Source: an uncultured Chloroflexia bacterium
GTDB taxonomy: Bacteria > Chloroflexota > UBA6077 > JACCZL01
Direction of reading: 5' to 3'
Assembly: GCA_963765765.1 (NCBI GenBank)
Contig: CAVXYC010000001.1
Coordinates: forward strand, 256,001 to 320,000
DNA length: 64,000 bases
The position numbers and the translations under genes were made by a program. The notes below the pieces were generated by a model. That model was not told the DNA's origin. It saw only the letters and a list, made by a program, of their open reading frames with translations, and did not search any database. Position 1 is the stretch's first letter. Each line of letters starts with the position of its first letter. Shown here in pieces: positions 1-10,116 of the stretch.

Positions 1-233
1 CGTGACTTATATCGGGCTGGCTGCCGTTGCCCGAAGGGGTTTCGTTCGTTAACCTGATAGGGAGACGAGAAGCATCGTCTCCATGATCTGGACGCATGCC
101 GATGATCCGGATTCGCCCTGATTGCCTCAACGCATTACGCGCCCGGATGCCATGGCGGCACCCCGGTTACGCTATCGCTCGGACTTCCGACAACGTCGGA
201 GCGCGTATGACCTGAGCATGATGACACTGCTCG

Positions 234-1301
234 GTGATCGGTTTAGCTTCTCCAATGATGTCCATTCAGCAAATCCCGCAATTTCTGGCGTCTCAGAACA
301 TCGATAGTCCCAGAGTACATCCCAGACTAGCAGCCGGGATTTCAGCCTTTGTCGGCCTCATAACTGGAGTGGCAGTACTACTCCTGCTCGACTGGGTCTT
401 ATTCGAGACGAACCTAGTGTCCTCTCGTCTGGCCGTGGGTGACAACGGCTCGGCCGGCGATAAGCTATTGTTGGCTCGACGATACCGTGACTCCGAAGTG
501 GTGTATCTGGGGGATTCCCGGGTTCTCTACGGCGTTCAACCCGAATTCGTCTCAACGGAGTGCGCTTGTGGGCCGGGGTTCAATGCCGGATTCCCGGCGG
601 CGGATACGCGCCTCACCAGAGTCATGGCAGGACGGCTGCTGCGCGAAATCTCGCCGGACATAGTGGTCATCGGAGTCTCACAGTGGGATCTGAGTGACGC
701 GGCTGATATCCGTGTCTGGGGCCCCGCACCGGAGCTGGTACCGCCGTGGCGGTTGCTTGAGTTTGGTGTGTCACTCGACGAGCCGGGCGAGATTCGAGAG
801 GCCATCGGGCAGACCTGGCGGCTAAACCGCTATCGCGGTGAGCTGCGCGCCGCAATGGATCCGTCCACCGATCGACATGATAGCAACGCCGACCGCCGCG
901 GTTTCGATGAGTACCAGGGCAGGCGGCAGCTTGGCGCCAGTGACCTGGTGGATAGACAGCAACAATGGTTCAGCGACTTCGCCGTCCATGGTCGCCGTAC
1001 CGAAGCCGTCGGAGAGCTGGTGACCGAGCTACGGGCAAGGCACATCGGAGTCGTCCTTGTGGCGCCGCCCCTGTACCCCGATTTTTACGCCCGGGTGAGC
1101 ACTGAGGTGTCCGAGTTCCAGACGGCCATGGGCACCCTGGCACGCGAGCGAGGCGCCGTGTTCGAGGATGTGAGCGATCCCCAGCGAATTAGCCTCAAGC
1201 GCGATGATTTCCGCGATGCCGTGCATCTGGGCGAGGACGGGACCAGGACGTTCTCGCGTCACATCGGCAAGGTCATACGCGCACATTTTGGGTCGGCCTA
1301 G
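234..1301 (+). CDS. Membrane-anchored SGNH-like protein (DUF1574/DltD/AlgJ-like), partner of the MBOAT
   Basis: N-terminal TM helix, GDSR block I motif, C-terminal DAVH (DxxH) motif; abuts the MBOAT gene. Start uncertain. Confidence 0.7.
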   Translation: MIGLASPMMSIQQIPQFLASQNIDSPRVHPRLAAGISAFVGLITGVAVLLLLDWVLFETNLVSSRLAVGDNGSAGDKLLLARRYRDSEVVYLGDSRVLYGVQPEFVSTECACGPGFNAGFPAADTRLTRVMAGRLLREISPDIVVIGVSQWDLSDAADIRVWGPAPELVPPWRLLEFGVSLDEPGEIREAIGQTWRLNRYRGELRAAMDPSTDRHDSNADRRGFDEYQGRRQLGASDLVDRQQQWFSDFAVHGRRTEAVGELVTELRARHIGVVLVAPPLYPDFYARVSTEVSEFQTAMGTLARERGAVFEDVSDPQRISLKRDDFRDAVHLGEDGTRTFSRHIGKVIRAHFGSA

Positions 1302-1302
1302 G

Positions 1303-2709
1303 GTGCTTTTTCACAGCCTTCAGTACGCGGCGTTCCTGCCGATCACCTGGCTACTGTTTCGTCTGACTCCCTCACGCTGGCGGGTGGAGCTGCTTCTGGC
1401 GGCAAGTTACACCTTCTATGCGTTCTGGAGCGTGCCCTATGCGGCGCTCATGTTCCTGTTGGCAGTTGCCAACTACCTCTTCGGCCTGGCCATCGTCCGA
1501 GCATCGCGCCACAAGCGCCTTATCCTCTGGACGTGCATCGCCACGGACATTTGCGTCCTGGGAGCATTCAAGTATCTCAACTTTTTTCTAGACAGCGGCT
1601 CCTTTGCTCTTCAATCGCTGTTTGGACTGTCCTGGGATCCACCGCTGCTCCAGATCCTGCTCCCACTCGGGATATCCTTCTTTACGTTTGAGTTTATCCA
1701 CTACCTGGTCGATACATATCGCGGCCATGTGCCCGCGCACAGCTTCTCTAAGTTCCACGTCTTTGTCGCCTTCTTCCCAACCCAGATCGCCGGGCCAATC
1801 AAGCGGTTTCAACAGTTCGTGCCCGGCCTGGCCACGCTCGATCGATTTGACGCTGAGCTGGCGAAAGACGGCCTACGGCTCATTGCCCTTGGTCTGGGGA
1901 AGAAGATTCTGCTGGCTGACAAGCTCGGTCCCATCGCGGACGCCGGGTTCACGGCGGCCGCACATGGGGATATCGGCACCTGGGAGGCCTGGGCTGCCGC
2001 GCTTGCCTTTGCTCTGCAGATCTACTTCGATTTCTCCGGCTACACCGATATCGCCCGTGGGTCAGCCCAACTGTTTGGATTCCACATTCCGATCAATTTC
2101 AACGCACCATACCTGGCCACCAGCGTCTCGGATTTCTGGCGGCGCTGGCACATCTCGCTGTCAAGCTGGCTGCGCGATTACGTCTTCGTTCCGCTCGGTG
2201 GCTCGAAGCGCGGCCTTCCGAGGACCCTTGGCAACCTGTTGGCGACGATGATTCTCGGCGGATTGTGGCATGGCGCAGGTTGGCACTTTGTGGTCTGGGG
2301 CCTGTATTGGGGTGTGGCACTGGGCCTCCATCGCCTGATGCAGCGATGGCTGAATCTCCCTCAATCCATAGGAATCACGGCCTTCGGTTGGCTAGTGACT
2401 CAAGTGATCGTGATGACTGGCTGGGTTCTCTTCCGTTCGGAAGATCTTCCGCACGCGGGCCGAATGTTGCAGGCGATGCTGATGCCAACCTCCGCGCGTG
2501 ACGAGATTAGCGCTGGCGCGGCGCTGTACGTCCTGGCAGTCGCCGGGCTCATGCTGATAGCAACGGTCATCTCGCGCCGAAAGCTGTGGCCCTCGCTTGC
2601 CCCCTCTTTGCGTCCCGCCTTCGTTGGTGCCGGCATCGCTCTAGCAATCGCTTACGCCGTCGTAGCAGAGCCCATTGCGAATCAGCGATTCATCTACTTC
2701 CAGTTCTGA
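1303..2709 (+). CDS. MBOAT family O-acyltransferase (AlgI/DltB-like)
   Basis: LPLGISFFTF, IYFDFSGYTD, FWRRWHISLSSWLRDY, GLWHG motifs, C-terminal FIYFQF; GTG start at 1303 right after the upstream stop. Confidence 0.93.
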   Translation: MLFHSLQYAAFLPITWLLFRLTPSRWRVELLLAASYTFYAFWSVPYAALMFLLAVANYLFGLAIVRASRHKRLILWTCIATDICVLGAFKYLNFFLDSGSFALQSLFGLSWDPPLLQILLPLGISFFTFEFIHYLVDTYRGHVPAHSFSKFHVFVAFFPTQIAGPIKRFQQFVPGLATLDRFDAELAKDGLRLIALGLGKKILLADKLGPIADAGFTAAAHGDIGTWEAWAAALAFALQIYFDFSGYTDIARGSAQLFGFHIPINFNAPYLATSVSDFWRRWHISLSSWLRDYVFVPLGGSKRGLPRTLGNLLATMILGGLWHGAGWHFVVWGLYWGVALGLHRLMQRWLNLPQSIGITAFGWLVTQVIVMTGWVLFRSEDLPHAGRMLQAMLMPTSARDEISAGAALYVLAVAGLMLIATVISRRKLWPSLAPSLRPAFVGAGIALAIAYAVVAEPIANQRFIYFQF

Positions 2710-3019
2710 GAGGGCTAAACCACCTCAATTCTTCGGCTGGAGTGGGCACTAGACCGACTACCGCAACAAAGGCTTCCCGACCGACATGGCCTTGAAGCGT
2801 TCCGGAATTCTTCGCGGGAATGGCTCCGCGGAGTCTTTGGACAGTGAGGGCCGCACGGACCAGGCTTCGCGCACTAGATGTCCTGGAACACGACCCTTCG
2901 GCGTCACCCATGACGAGCGTCTATCTGACATAGTCGGCGCATCGTTCCAGGGTTCCGTGGTGGCATTCCGCCTGATGGTGCCGTCGCGGCTCTGCTGGAC
3001 TTCGGTTGAGCACTCGGCG

Positions 3020-3130
3020 TAGGGGGCCGTTCCGGCGCCAGAGCCTCACGGTAAACGCGGTCCGCGGTCGCGACGTCCTCGATCGCCAGGCCAACCGACT
3101 TGAACACCGTGCTCTCGTTGGGGCGCGTGG
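3020..3130 (-). pseudogene. Isolated C-terminal remnant of an ornithine cyclodeaminase/mu-crystallin gene
   Basis: TVFKSVGLAIEDVATADRVYREAL matches the family C-terminal signature; no N-terminal part present. Confidence 0.7.
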
Positions 3131-3367
3131 GGTTTTCATCCACCCGATTACCCTGGGTGTAGCCGACCTTCAAGGTATTGGCGACCAGTGATCAGCTATG
3201 CGAATCGTGCGCGATGTGACCGATGAAGAGCCGAAAGATGCTCGGCCCTTTGATGACGAGGTGAAACTGACCCACTGCCCTGGCTCGGATTCTTTGACAG
3301 CACCAACTCGCGGGTCTAGGCTTTTCACATCCAAAATGATCCAGGAACTGGCTAGTGGGGGCGCTCC

Positions 3368-5053
3368 ATGACAGATTACGATCTTCTGATTCGCGGCGGA
3401 CTGCTCGTCGATGGCTCCGGGATGCCTGGCTTGCGGGCGGACGTGGGCGTGAGTGGCGGGCGAATCGTCGAGCTCGGTCGGCTCAAGGGATCGGCCGCGC
3501 GGACCATTGATGCCACGGGCCTGGTGGTGGCGCCGGGCTTCGTGGATCACCACACCCACCTCGATGCCCAGCTCTTCTGGGATCCATACGGCACCTCCGA
3601 GCCGCAGCATGGCGTGACATCCGTGGTGATGGGCAACTGCGCGCTCGCGCTGGCCCCAGCCGAGCCGGCCGATTACGACGCCCTGATCGGAAGCTTCGTG
3701 CGGGTGGAGGCGATGCCCCGACGTGCCCTCGAAGCGGGCATTGCCTGGAATTGGAAGACCTACGGCGAGTACCTGGATGCATTCGAAGGCAAGCTCGGCA
3801 TCAATGCCGGCGGCCTGGTGGGTCACATCCCAATCCGACAGCGTGTGATGGGCGAGGAGTCGGTGGAGCGCGAGGCCACCGAGGACGAGATCAAACAAAT
3901 GCAGGCGCAGGTGGCCGAGTCACTCCGGGGCGGCGCGCTGGGCATCTCGACGAATCGAAATCGTCGCCATATGCGCGACGATGGCAAGCCCATTGCCAGC
4001 CGTCTGGCCACCGACGAAGAGTTCTTTGCCCTGTGCGACGTGCTGGGAGACTTGAACGCCGGCGCCATCCAGACCGCCCTCGGCGTCCACACCATGGAGC
4101 ATGTCCGCTGGTACGACAAGCTCGCGCGACGATCGGGTCGGCCGGTGGTGTGGCAGAGCGTCCGTCATCGCTGGAACGAGCCCACGCTGTGGCAGCAGCA
4201 GCTCGATGGCGTGGCGCAGACGTTCCGAGACGGCTATCAGGCCTACGGCATCACCAACGCGGACCCGCTGTTCACGCAGTTCTCCATGAAGAACGCGCAG
4301 ATCTTCGATGAGTTCCCGACATGGAAGAACCTGGGCTTCCTGCCTGACGCCGTTCGACGACAGGCCATGGCCGATCCAGAAACGCGAGCCAAGATGCGCG
4401 CCGAGCTGGAAGAAGAGAAGCCAACGACGTTCCACCGACGCTGGGAGCACGTGTACATCGCCTCGGTCGGCGATCCACGACATGCCGATGTGGTGGGCAA
4501 AAGCGTTAAAGAGCTTGGCGCCTTGCGTGGCCAGCACCCAACCGACGCGTTCCTGGACCTCTCACTCGAGGACGACCTGGAGACAATCTTCGCCACCGAC
4601 CCCGTGGGCGGCGATCTGGACTCGACGGCGGAGATTCTCCGCAGCCCTTATGTGCTGGTCGGCCAGTCTGATGCTGGCGCGCACATCGAGTTCAGCGCGC
4701 ACTTCGGATACAGCACCACGCTGCTCGGAATGTGGGTGCGGGATCGACAGATTCTCAGCCTGGAGCAGGCGATCCACAAGCTTACCTTCCAGGTGGCCTC
4801 CGTCTACGGTCTGAAGGACCGCGGCCTGGCGAGGCCTGGCTACGCGGCCGACCTCACCATCTTCGACCCGGAGACCGTGAACGCCTGTGAGCCCGAGTGG
4901 GCGGATGACTTTCCGGGCGAGACGCGCCGACTGATCCAGCGCTCCGAGGGCGTTCACTACACCATCGTGAACGGTCAGGTGATCTACGAAGACGGCCAGA
5001 TCACGGGTGCTCTGCCAGGGCAGGTGCTACGAGGGTCGGCGTATAGCAAGTGA
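3368..5053 (+). CDS. N-acyl-D-amino-acid deacylase family amidohydrolase
   Basis: VAPGFVDHHTHLD, HGVTSVVMGNC, SDAGAH, GYAADLTIFDP motifs. Confidence 0.9.
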   Translation: MTDYDLLIRGGLLVDGSGMPGLRADVGVSGGRIVELGRLKGSAARTIDATGLVVAPGFVDHHTHLDAQLFWDPYGTSEPQHGVTSVVMGNCALALAPAEPADYDALIGSFVRVEAMPRRALEAGIAWNWKTYGEYLDAFEGKLGINAGGLVGHIPIRQRVMGEESVEREATEDEIKQMQAQVAESLRGGALGISTNRNRRHMRDDGKPIASRLATDEEFFALCDVLGDLNAGAIQTALGVHTMEHVRWYDKLARRSGRPVVWQSVRHRWNEPTLWQQQLDGVAQTFRDGYQAYGITNADPLFTQFSMKNAQIFDEFPTWKNLGFLPDAVRRQAMADPETRAKMRAELEEEKPTTFHRRWEHVYIASVGDPRHADVVGKSVKELGALRGQHPTDAFLDLSLEDDLETIFATDPVGGDLDSTAEILRSPYVLVGQSDAGAHIEFSAHFGYSTTLLGMWVRDRQILSLEQAIHKLTFQVASVYGLKDRGLARPGYAADLTIFDPETVNACEPEWADDFPGETRRLIQRSEGVHYTIVNGQVIYEDGQITGALPGQVLRGSAYSK

Positions 5054-5140
5054 GCTCAGAGTGAAAAGTCTAGAGCTAAGAATTGAAGTTAGGGAATCCA
5101 AGACCTGAGTTTCCAATGAATACTTCGGTATTTCCGGCTC

Positions 5141-5169
5141 TTGACAGAATCGGCCTCGATTAACATAAT
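5141..5169 (+). promoter_or_regulatory. sigma70-type promoter
   Basis: TTGACA-N17-CATAAT upstream of AAGGAG RBS and ATG 5243. Confidence 0.7.
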
Positions 5170-5242
5170 CGGCAGTGTCATAACCCGGCAGTGACGCCGG
5201 GCAACGTGGGCGCGACGGGGCGCACTCTCCAAGGAGACCACT

Positions 5243-5497
5243 ATGGCTAGCGCGCCGTCCGCCGAAACTGTTTACTTTGTCCCTCGCCGGGACATCCTTG
5301 CTGGAAGCTATCCACTCGCCGAGCCCGTACTGCTGGTCGACGCAGATCTTGCCGATCAATACGTCGGAGTGCGCGAGCTCGTGGTGGCCGAGACCCGGCC
5401 CAACCGGATCAGGCGCCGCGTCCGGCGGACGCACTGCCCGTCTTCGCGATCGACTGGCATGAAGCGGCCAACTATGAGGGTGTTCGAGTGGCGGTGA
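5243..5497 (+). CDS. Small hypothetical protein (84 aa, basic C-terminus)
   Basis: AAGGAG RBS and consensus promoter; no recognised domain. Confidence 0.55.
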   Translation: MASAPSAETVYFVPRRDILAGSYPLAEPVLLVDADLADQYVGVRELVVAETRPNRIRRRVRRTHCPSSRSTGMKRPTMRVFEWR

Positions 5498-6235
5498 TCG
5501 CACAGGATGTCCGCACCTTGATCCTGTCCGAGCCTGCCAGAGTTCTGGTCACCGCGTAGCGCTTTCCGAAGCGATCCATGAGCGTCGATTGACGCGACCA
5601 ACGGACTTAGAATGAGCCAACGGTCGCCTGATCGTGCCCTGGCGGGCACGATCAGATCTTAGTAAGGGCGCTGTCCCAACGCCGTGAACATGAATTTCAT
5701 GCACACGGTATCCATTCGGCCGAGCGGTTCGTCGTCGAGTGTCATCTGAGTCGCGGCTTGCGATGGGAAGTCCGGCCGTTCTTGTCGCCCTGGTCCACCG
5801 CGGGAGCCGAATACGGATGGGATGACCGTTCCCGAGTGACGCCGCCGTGCGGGGGCGATTAGCCCGCGTTTTGCGGGCCCATTATCGATTCATGCTCCCT
5901 TCAGTATCGCTGTGTAAATCTACCAGTGTTTCAGGAGCGGAGAATGCTGTGCGAGTGTGCGCGCACTCTCATTCGTTAGTGATATCGAGAGCGGAGCTGG
6001 TTCCTCGCTCCACCGCCTGAATCGTTCCCATGCGAGGCATAGTCGGCGAAAGGACCAACGACAGCGAGCACACAGGTAAAAGAACCCAAGCTCAGCAACC
6101 CGATCGCTGGAGCTCAGTAAGTTTCGCGCGATCAAGACCAGCTGTCGATCCTGGTCGAAACAGCTCTGCATCCGTCGAACGGCGACGGTAAGCCCATCCC
6201 CCAGTGGATGAATCTCCTCACGGGGAGATTTCGAT

Positions 6236-7780
6236 ATGGAGTGCCACATGCACAATGTCCCCACGCCGCCAAATCCCCGATTACGTCATCTTCGGGTACC
6301 GGGCGCGCTGCTCGCGGCCGTTACACTTTCGGTCGGGCTTGCGAATCCAACATACGCTCAGACCCCTTCCTCGTCGCCAACCCCGACGTCTGCGTCAACG
6401 ACCCTCGGGACAGGAGCCGGTACAGCCGGCACTCCGAGAGACCTGACTGCAACCGCGGGCGCGGAAACTCCCGTTGGACCTCCGCTCGCCCAAGCGACAA
6501 CGAGCGCCATGCCAAGATCAGGGGTCTCGCCGCTCCGTACCTGGGAGTTTGCTGAAGGCAACAGTCGGCGTGATTTCCAGACCTTCTTTTCCATTCTCAA
6601 CACGACCGACTCGCCGGCCAGTGTCACCGCCTCCTATCAGCGTGATGACAACATTCGGCTCACTCAGTGGTTGGGCGTTCCCGCGCGTGGCCGCATCAGC
6701 TTGAACGCCAACGAAGTAGTGGGTGCAAAGGCCTTTGGCGCATCGTTCTCCTCAGACCAGGATGTGGTTGTGGAGCGCTCCACGACCTGGGGACCAAACC
6801 AGAATGGTGCGACCACCGTGGGGTTTGCGCCGAACGGCCCGCGCCGCTGGTACTTTGCCGAGGGCACGACGCGAGGGCAGGTGAGCACCTATTTCGTGAC
6901 CCGAAATCTCAGTGACACTCAAGCAACAATCAAGGCGGTCTTTACACGCGATAACGGCAGCCGTGAGCAACGCTGGTTCCAGCTCGATCCGCGTGCCCGA
7001 GAGGCGTTTCGGATGAACGATCTGCTGCAGGACACGAGCTTCTCCGCCAGCTTCGAATCGGATCAGGATGTCATCGTAGAGCGCACCATCATGAGTGAAG
7101 GACCGGTGGGCGTGATGGGTGGTCTTGGATACTCACCAAGCTCCGTGGATGCTGGCTCCAAGGTTTGGAGCTTTGCCGAGGGCAGCACGCGATCCCCGTA
7201 TCTGACAGATTTCCTCCTGTTCAACCCCAGCACGGAGGCCGTGGAGGCTTCGTTCCGATTCGCTATGGATGGCCAGGTGAAGGAGCATCGATTGTGGTTG
7301 GCGCCACAGTCGCGCACCGCGTTCGAGCCCAAGAATGTACTCCCAGCGTCAGTCGATTTTGCGACGACCATTACCACCAATCGGCCGATCATCGTGGAGC
7401 GATCGTATTACTCCACCGGGGACGGGCTCTACGGTGCCCTCGGTTTCGCGGACACGAGGTTGGGACGCGGATCCACCGATTGGTACTTCGCGGACGGAAA
7501 CACCACTGGGAAAATTGAAACCTTCTTTCTGCTCTACAACTTGACCGACGAAACGACGCAGGTGCGAGTCAGCTATTTCGGCGACAACGGGCCCAATGGT
7601 GAGCAGACGCTAAGCGTTCCGGCACGAGGACGGATCAGCGTCCGCGCCAACGACTTAGTACCAGACCGCACCTTTGCCGCCCGGTTCAAGGCAGACAAAG
7701 ATCTCGTGGTTGAGCGCACGTTTTACTTTCCTGGCTGGAGCGGCTTTACGACCGTGGGCTCAGGAGCGGCCGGCCTCTAA
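6236..7780 (+). CDS. Secreted protein with four ~100-aa W-x-F-A-[ED]-G repeats (DUF5719-like)
   Basis: Signal peptide, Thr/Pro/Ser linker, repeats WEFAEGNS / WYFAEGTT / WSFAEGST / WYFADGNT each ending in V/IVER. Confidence 0.8.
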   Translation: MECHMHNVPTPPNPRLRHLRVPGALLAAVTLSVGLANPTYAQTPSSSPTPTSASTTLGTGAGTAGTPRDLTATAGAETPVGPPLAQATTSAMPRSGVSPLRTWEFAEGNSRRDFQTFFSILNTTDSPASVTASYQRDDNIRLTQWLGVPARGRISLNANEVVGAKAFGASFSSDQDVVVERSTTWGPNQNGATTVGFAPNGPRRWYFAEGTTRGQVSTYFVTRNLSDTQATIKAVFTRDNGSREQRWFQLDPRAREAFRMNDLLQDTSFSASFESDQDVIVERTIMSEGPVGVMGGLGYSPSSVDAGSKVWSFAEGSTRSPYLTDFLLFNPSTEAVEASFRFAMDGQVKEHRLWLAPQSRTAFEPKNVLPASVDFATTITTNRPIIVERSYYSTGDGLYGALGFADTRLGRGSTDWYFADGNTTGKIETFFLLYNLTDETTQVRVSYFGDNGPNGEQTLSVPARGRISVRANDLVPDRTFAARFKADKDLVVERTFYFPGWSGFTTVGSGAAGL

Positions 7781-7951
7781 CTTCTGGCCGGCCGAACGGG
7801 CCTCCGCCATTCCAGGCGGAGGCCCAAGCGAAGCGTCATGGAGCGCGACGCACGGAGAAACGACCTCCATATTGGTCGATGACTCGAAATCCCCGAATTT
7901 GACGCCTTGATAGTCGTCGATTCACGTACAGGGCCGCTCGCCCGACGAACG

Positions 7952-8163
7952 GCGCTGTCGATTGTTGACAGTGAGAATTGGCTCCTCGGGATCATCACCG
8001 CTGATGATGCCGCCGCGGTGCTTCTCGAATAAGCAGGCGAGGATCTCGAGCGCATGGGCGGCTCTGAGTTGTTGGTGGTCTCCGCGCCGCTCATCACAAC
8101 ACTGGTAGACGGGACAGGCCTGATTATTTATTTCACGATTGCCCGTCTGTTCCTGCAACTTGA
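7952..8163 (+). pseudogene. mgtE: Internally deleted magnesium transporter remnant
   Basis: CBS end ALSIVDSENWLLGIITADDAAAVLLE*AGEDLERMGGSE joined directly to the last TM VVSAPLITTLVDGTGLIIYFTIA; in-frame TAA. Confidence 0.75.
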
Positions 8164-8227
8164 TCAGCAGGGCACACACTTTCGTCCGAGCTCTGTTCCG
8201 ACGGTTCAGTTGAGCCTGTTGAGATGC

Positions 8228-9718
8228 TCAGCTCGGCTTCGCGCGAACCAGACGGTAGCTTGGTGAGTTCTTGCTGTTAGAGCCGTGGTCATCCACGAAG
8301 TTCAGGGCGAGGCGCTGACCAAGCTCGTGAGCGGTTGCGCGCTGAAGGATGAGCAGATGTCCCGAGGCCGCCGCGGAGTATGCATCGTCGGCGCTTGAAG
8401 CAACGGGTATGCCGGACACAGGTAGCAGCCAGGCAAAGGTGCTGCCGGCCAAGTCGCCGGCTGGCATCTTCACCTCTCGAAGGCGTGGATCCAGCCACAC
8501 TGCTTCGCCGGACAGGTGCTCATCGCGGATTCGATTCAAGGTGCGCAAGTAGAGCTGATTACTGGCGCCATCCTCAGTGGACTCCTCGTAAAACCGATCC
8601 AGGCGCGACATTGAGCTGAGCGCAAGACCAGCGCTTATCAGCGCAATCATCACGGCCACAAGCGGTTGTATCCGCTGCCGATCGAATACGTTCAAGATCT
8701 TAGCGGCGAGACAGCCGATGCCGACGAACACCACGGGAACCAGTGGCATCAGGTAACGCCCATCGAGAATAGGCCGGTACTTGCCGTTGAGAATTGGCGG
8801 AAGCAGCACCGCGGCAATGAGTCCGGCCAGTAGGATCCAACCCAGACGCCTGGGAGTCACCAGGAGTCCCAACAGTCCAAGCGCTGGGTACACCAGCAGT
8901 CGAACATCAGTCAGGAACCCGCCGGGCGTCTCATGCTTTTCTTGCAGCTCTCCCGCTGAGAGCCGGACGAGCGATGACGCGAGCTGTTCCAGGTTGTTCA
9001 GGTACACGCCTCGTTCCGCGCTATCGTCCGGATCGGGATCGGCATCGAGGTATCGCGCTTTTTTGCCATCGATGTCGTCCACCACGGCGAAGCGGGTTTG
9101 GAGATGATGAACGAGTAACGGTGCGTAGCCGATCACCATGCACGCCAGAAAGAGCGCCGGCAGGAGGGGCCGCTGCCAGAGCCGCATGAATAACACGGTT
9201 GCCAGACCGGCTCCCATGAGCAGGGGAAAGGCCGTGGGATGCGTCTGAAGCGTGACGCCAACGAGTAGGCCGGCGATTAGAAGTGAACGAGGCTCATGTC
9301 GCTTGCAAGCACGAACCATAAGCCACAGGCTACATGTCGCCAGCAGCGGCGTGACTGAGTGCACCCACGGAACGTGGCTGCTTATAACAGTGTGCGCTGG
9401 CGAGGTAGCCACCAGCAGCCCGGCGATTCCGCCGGCAGTAGTGCTACCGAGCTCTTTCCCGAGCAAATACGCCGGCACGATTGCCAGCGCGCCCAAAAAC
9501 CAGGGGACAAGCATTGTGGCTTCGAAGCTTGGCCCGAAGATTCGAAAGACTGCACCGAGCACATACAGGAAGGGCGCCCCGAGATAAGGAGCCTGATCCG
9601 CGAGGGGCCATGCTTGACCCTGGGAGATGCTTATGGCCGCGAGAACGGATTCTCTGACGGAGGGAAGCGGCGGTGACGTAAAGAGGTGTGACCAACGAAC
9701 GATGAGCCCGATGAACAC
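8228..9718 (-). CDS. GT39/ArnT-like (GT-C fold) membrane glycosyltransferase
   Basis: Polytopic membrane protein, PYLGAPFLY loop, DGRYLMPLVP motif; start uncertain. Confidence 0.75.
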   Translation of the reverse strand: MFIGLIVRWSHLFTSPPLPSVRESVLAAISISQGQAWPLADQAPYLGAPFLYVLGAVFRIFGPSFEATMLVPWFLGALAIVPAYLLGKELGSTTAGGIAGLLVATSPAHTVISSHVPWVHSVTPLLATCSLWLMVRACKRHEPRSLLIAGLLVGVTLQTHPTAFPLLMGAGLATVLFMRLWQRPLLPALFLACMVIGYAPLLVHHLQTRFAVVDDIDGKKARYLDADPDPDDSAERGVYLNNLEQLASSLVRLSAGELQEKHETPGGFLTDVRLLVYPALGLLGLLVTPRRLGWILLAGLIAAVLLPPILNGKYRPILDGRYLMPLVPVVFVGIGCLAAKILNVFDRQRIQPLVAVMIALISAGLALSSMSRLDRFYEESTEDGASNQLYLRTLNRIRDEHLSGEAVWLDPRLREVKMPAGDLAGSTFAWLLPVSGIPVASSADDAYSAAASGHLLILQRATAHELGQRLALNFVDDHGSNSKNSPSYRLVRAKPS

Positions 9719-10116
9719 GAGGCTGCTGACTAGCAGTATCCGGGCGGTCGTTCCGGCGAGCGGCTGGGCCGAGGCGCGAACTATCAGCGAGCGACGGAAG
9801 GGAAGGGTGGCAGCGATAGGGAAAACCAGACTAGAAGAATGTCACTGCCGCCTGGCCCGTAGAGCAGGGCCTAGACAACGGCGCGTGGGGGCTGACCCTA
9901 ATTAATCACAACGAAGCAGCACGTGGGTTGGTAGCACCATCACATTTGAACTACGTCGATTTCAATCGAAACAGCATGAGAGTTATGATGACGTCCTCCC
10001 AACCGGAAGGACCGAACCCGTACTGCTGCCTCTCGGCCGGCCGGCTGTTCCAGGGTTACGAGTGTACACGGCCTGCTACGCCTTGTGACAATCAGTCGCA
10101 TCGCGATTTCCCGAAC

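Noticed and set aside
5175-5230. Purine or guanidine-II riboswitch
   Set aside because: No kissing-loop sequences, UUUCUAC junction or ACGR loops
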